This document shows, piece by piece, positions 61,037-64,000 of a stretch of DNA of 64,000 nt (position 1 is its first letter; every line of letters begins with the position of its first letter). The notes beneath the pieces were generated by a model. That model saw only the letters and a list, made by a program, of their open reading frames with translations. It searched no databases and had not been told where the DNA came from. The position numbers and the translations under genes are program-made. Source of the stretch: an uncultured Mycoplasmatota bacterium (GTDB lineage: Bacteria > Bacillota_I > Bacilli_A > RF39 > UBA660); assembly GCA_900543825.1 (NCBI GenBank), contig UQSR01000003.1, positions 67,315 to 131,314 of the forward strand. The letters run 5' to 3'.

Positions 61037-61240
61037 ATGAATGCATTACAAAAAACAGCACTTGTTTTTACTGTGATCGGTGCTATTAATTGGGGTCTTA
61101 TTGGCTTATTTAATTTTAATTTGGTAGATAGTTTATTTGGTCAAAATAGTTTTTTATCAATGCTCATTTATATTGTTGTAGGAATAGCTGGACTCATTAA
61201 TATTATGCTTTTCTTTACGGACTTAAATATAAAAGAGTAG
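61037..61240 (+). CDS. DUF378-family small membrane protein
   Basis: GAINWGLIGLFNFNLVDSLFG motif characteristic of DUF378. AGGAGG RBS. Confidence 0.6.
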   Translation: MNALQKTALVFTVIGAINWGLIGLFNFNLVDSLFGQNSFLSMLIYIVVGIAGLINIMLFFTDLNIKE

Positions 61241-61245
61241 CTAAG

Positions 61246-61866
61246 CTACTCTATTTCAAATGTGGACATATGTCCATCTTTAGTATCAATTTTAATACGA
61301 TTTTTTACCATTTTTAACATTGGAATATCATGTAAAGAATCCGAATAGGCATAAGATAAGTCATAATCTATTTCTAGATTATGATTTTTTATCACTTCTT
61401 GGATTCTTTTTACCTTTTCTTCATTTTTACAATTTTTTCCAATCATTTGACTTGTATATTTACCATCTTTAATGTCTGTTTTAGTTCCTAAAATTTCATC
61501 TACTGGTAACTTACAAAAACGAAGATAAGCTTCTACAGAGGCACTACATATATAAATCGTATACCCTTCTGCCTTTTTCTTTTTTAATTCTTCAATGACA
61601 TTTAAATAATAACAAGGTTCTAATACTTCTTGATAAAACTTTTCAATCTCTTGATCAGACATCTTATCTAATGGATATAACCATGCTGATTTTGCTTTAT
61701 TAAGTGGTTCTATCTTTAATAGATATAAAGCATAATGATAAACCACTTTTAATAATTTAAAAACAGATAGTGGATGTTTTTTTAAATAATACTTTAAAAG
61801 TTTTCCACCAGAATCTCCATGAATCAAAGTATCATCAAAATCAAAAAATGCAAATCTAGTTAACAC
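61246..61866 (-). CDS. HAD-IB family hydrolase
   Basis: Motif I FAFFDFDDTLIHGDSG. The 206-aa size is consistent with the family. Confidence 0.55.
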   Translation of the reverse strand: MLTRFAFFDFDDTLIHGDSGGKLLKYYLKKHPLSVFKLLKVVYHYALYLLKIEPLNKAKSAWLYPLDKMSDQEIEKFYQEVLEPCYYLNVIEELKKKKAEGYTIYICSASVEAYLRFCKLPVDEILGTKTDIKDGKYTSQMIGKNCKNEEKVKRIQEVIKNHNLEIDYDLSYAYSDSLHDIPMLKMVKNRIKIDTKDGHMSTFEIE

Positions 61867-62565
61867 CTATGCAATCTCCAAAGCAACTTCCATCATTGCT
61901 GTGAAAGTTTTTTCTCTTTCTTCTGCAGTTGTTTCTTCATTTGTTACTAATGAATCTGAAACAGTTAATAAAGTTAATGCTTTTTTACCAGCGTAAGCTG
62001 CATTTGCAAATAAAGCATAAGATTCCATTTCTGTAGCAAGGCATCCCATTTTGATCCATTTATCTGCTTTATTGTCTGCATGATAGAACAAATCAGAAGA
62101 TAGGACATTTCCTACATGATAAGTTAAATTCTTTTCTTTTGCTTTTTCTACAGCTTTTTCTAATAAACTATAATCAGAAATAGCTGAATAAGTTCCTGGT
62201 AATTCATATTGATGTGCATAATTTGAATCTGTACAAGCACCTTGTACAATAATGATATCTCTTAAATGAACATCTTCTTTAAATGATCCACAAGAACCAA
62301 TACGAATAATATTTTCTACATCATAAAAATGAAACAATTCATAACTATAAATCCCAATACTAGGCATTCCCATACCCGAACCCATAATAGAAACTTCTTT
62401 TCCTTTATACGTTCCTGTATAGCCAAACATGCTTCTTGTCGCATTAAATTGTTTAACATTTTCTAAATACGTTTCTGCTAAATATTTTGCACGTAAAGGA
62501 TCTCCTGGCATTAAGACAGTTTTTGCGATATCTCCTTTATTTGCTTGATTATGTGGTGTTGACAT
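61867..62565 (-). CDS. deoD: Purine nucleoside phosphorylase DeoD-type
   Basis: MSTPHNQANKGDIAKTVLMPGDPLRAKYLAETYLENV…, nearly collinear with E. coli DeoD. AGGAGGAAG RBS. The upstream extension is rejected. Confidence 0.9.
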   Translation of the reverse strand: MSTPHNQANKGDIAKTVLMPGDPLRAKYLAETYLENVKQFNATRSMFGYTGTYKGKEVSIMGSGMGMPSIGIYSYELFHFYDVENIIRIGSCGSFKEDVHLRDIIIVQGACTDSNYAHQYELPGTYSAISDYSLLEKAVEKAKEKNLTYHVGNVLSSDLFYHADNKADKWIKMGCLATEMESYALFANAAYAGKKALTLLTVSDSLVTNEETTAEEREKTFTAMMEVALEIA

Positions 62566-62629
62566 AAACACTTCCTCCTTTATTTTCTCCTTAAAGTTTA
62601 ACATATTCTTTTTCAATTGATAATAACTT

Positions 62630-63094
62630 TTAAGAATTTTGTACTTTTCCATCCTTTAAATAATAATATGTTTCAATTTCAGAAGCCTCATTCAATTCTT
62701 TTCCTTGTATAGCTCTAACAAGATGTTCAACATAATCATCTTCATTACCTGCACCTAAAATAGCCATATACCCTTCTAAAAAGACCATTGGTCCATAACC
62801 GTAATCATCTTCATTAAAATCAATGATTTGATCAATATGATTTTGATAACTTTCTTTCATTTCATCAAACGTTTGTTCATCATCCATATCATAAGCTTTT
62901 ATTTTCATATGTTTTCCAAATTCTTTTTTTATTGCTGGAAGAACATTCTTTTTAAAATGTTGACAATTTGAACAATCTTTTAAATAAAAATAAGTTAATT
63001 GATATGTCTCTTTCCATTCATTTTTTTGATTTTGACAACCAACTAACGGTACTAATAATAAAATAATTAATAGAATCTTTTTTAATTTTTTCAT
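62630..63094 (-). CDS. Thioredoxin-like lipoprotein (CxxC)
   Basis: Lipobox LVGC and a CSNCQHF CxxC motif. Confidence 0.5.
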   Translation of the reverse strand: MKKLKKILLIILLLVPLVGCQNQKNEWKETYQLTYFYLKDCSNCQHFKKNVLPAIKKEFGKHMKIKAYDMDDEQTFDEMKESYQNHIDQIIDFNEDDYGYGPMVFLEGYMAILGAGNEDDYVEHLVRAIQGKELNEASEIETYYYLKDGKVQNS

Positions 63095-63258
63095 TGTTTC
63101 ACCTTTTCTATTTATAATGTTTTCTTTTTATTTTTTAATTATACAGCAATTATTTTTGAATGGAAAGTAATGTGATGAGGGATAAATAATATTAATAATA
63201 ATATATATTGAATAAAAATAATATATATAATATAATACAAGTAGAAAGGATGATAGCT

Positions 63259-63624
63259 ATGGCATTTGTATGGTCAACAAATGAAATTTCAAAGAAAACA
63301 GTTACTATTTATAGTACAAATCTCACTTTAAACACAGCTGCTTGTAAACATTTTGAAAATGTTCAATATGTATTATTAGGAGTTGATAAAGAGAACAATT
63401 TATTAGGAATCAAGCCAGTTGACAAAACAGCAATAGATGAAGGAATTTATCCAAGTGATCAATTGCATCGTATTTCAATTGGTAAAAGTTATGGACGTGT
63501 TTCTAATAAAAATTTTATTGAAAACCTTGCTAGAGAATATCATTTAGATTTAAGTGATAAACAAGGTCTAAAGTATCCTGCAAATTTTGATGTTGTTCAC
63601 CAAATATTAACAGTTAATCTATAA
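63259..63624 (+). CDS. Hypothetical protein (start probably MAFVWSTNE)
   Basis: ORF with a GAAAGGATGA RBS. Precedes an NfeD-like gene. Confidence 0.3.
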   Translation: MAFVWSTNEISKKTVTIYSTNLTLNTAACKHFENVQYVLLGVDKENNLLGIKPVDKTAIDEGIYPSDQLHRISIGKSYGRVSNKNFIENLAREYHLDLSDKQGLKYPANFDVVHQILTVNL

Positions 63625-63639
63625 GGGAGGGATAGATCA

Positions 63640-64000
63640 TGATGTTATGGATATGGCTAGGCGTTATCATTATAACTGCTATTATTGAATTAGTTACAAT
63701 CGATTTAGTAAGCATCTGGTTTACACTTGGTGGAATCGGTGCCTTAATTGCCTATGCTTTAGGTTTAAATCAAACCATTCAAATTATTATCTTTATCATT
63801 TTAAGTGTTATTTGTATTGGAATCAGCAGACCTCTTGCTAAGAAATACTTAAGAACACAAACAGTCAGTACAAACTATGATCGTGTTATTGGTCAACATG
63901 GACTTGTTTTAAAAAGAATTGATGCTAATACAAGAGGAGAAGTTAAGGTGCTTTCTATGGAATGGTCCGCTTCTAGTGTAGATAATTCTACTTTAGAAGA
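63640..64000 (+). CDS. NfeD-family membrane protein (YuaF-like), 3'-truncated by the window end
   Basis: GGGAGGGATAGATC ATG. MMLWIWLGVIIITAIIELVTIDLVSIWFTLGGIGALIAYALGL… then an OB-fold-like (…GQHGLVLKRIDANTRGEVKV) region. Not in the ORF track because it lacks a stop. Confidence 0.5.

Overview
The window is an extremely AT-rich (about 23-25% GC by eye) Firmicutes-type chromosomal segment with nearly all genes on the minus strand. Both the GC figure and the spore-former inference (Cse60-, YqfQ- and YdcC-like genes) are provisional.

Housekeeping and other recognisable genes found, in order from position 1:
- hrcA-grpE with a CIRCE-like operator
- yigZ, trpS, a polysaccharide flippase, eno, a KH-domain gene, rpsP, hisS
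- truA-ecfT-ecfA2-ecfA1, rnhC
- a two-gene ABC exporter (probably heterodimeric), mtaB, fhs, murF, parC
- radC-mreC-mreD (no mreB), rlmD, a CNNM-type transporter, yebC
- rpsD with a long leader, then a cluster of 10 tRNA genes

Accessory or unusual content:
1. A two-peptide (class IIb-like) bacteriocin operon (1.7-4.7 kb). It has two double-glycine-leader peptides, one of them missing from the ORF track, a C39-peptidase ABC exporter and a small membrane protein.
2. The bacteriocin operon promoter carries a 29/37-nt promoter-like element that recurs in front of radC.
3. Three paralogous secreted proteins with TasA/camelysin-type (SipW-cognate) signal peptides. Two of them sit at the 3' ends of clusters encoding type IV filament machinery.
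4. A Tad-like pilus locus (46.4-53.4 kb) with a CpaF ATPase, TadB/C, a CpaE-like ATPase and two TadE-like pseudopilins. It also carries a 795-aa surface protein with cadherin-, cohesin- and dockerin-like segments, but has no recognisable Flp pilin.
5. A separate GspF-like platform protein next to a prepilin peptidase, with no ATPase.
6. A GrpE carrying a Cys-rich tandem repeat.
7. A tRNA cluster split by a DUF368 (PopT-like) gene plus a GDPD gene.
8. A clear compositional jump to about 30-35% GC after the tRNA cluster (57.1-64 kb: galE, alr, deoD, DUF378, NfeD).

No CRISPR array, rRNA gene, transposase or integrase was recognised.
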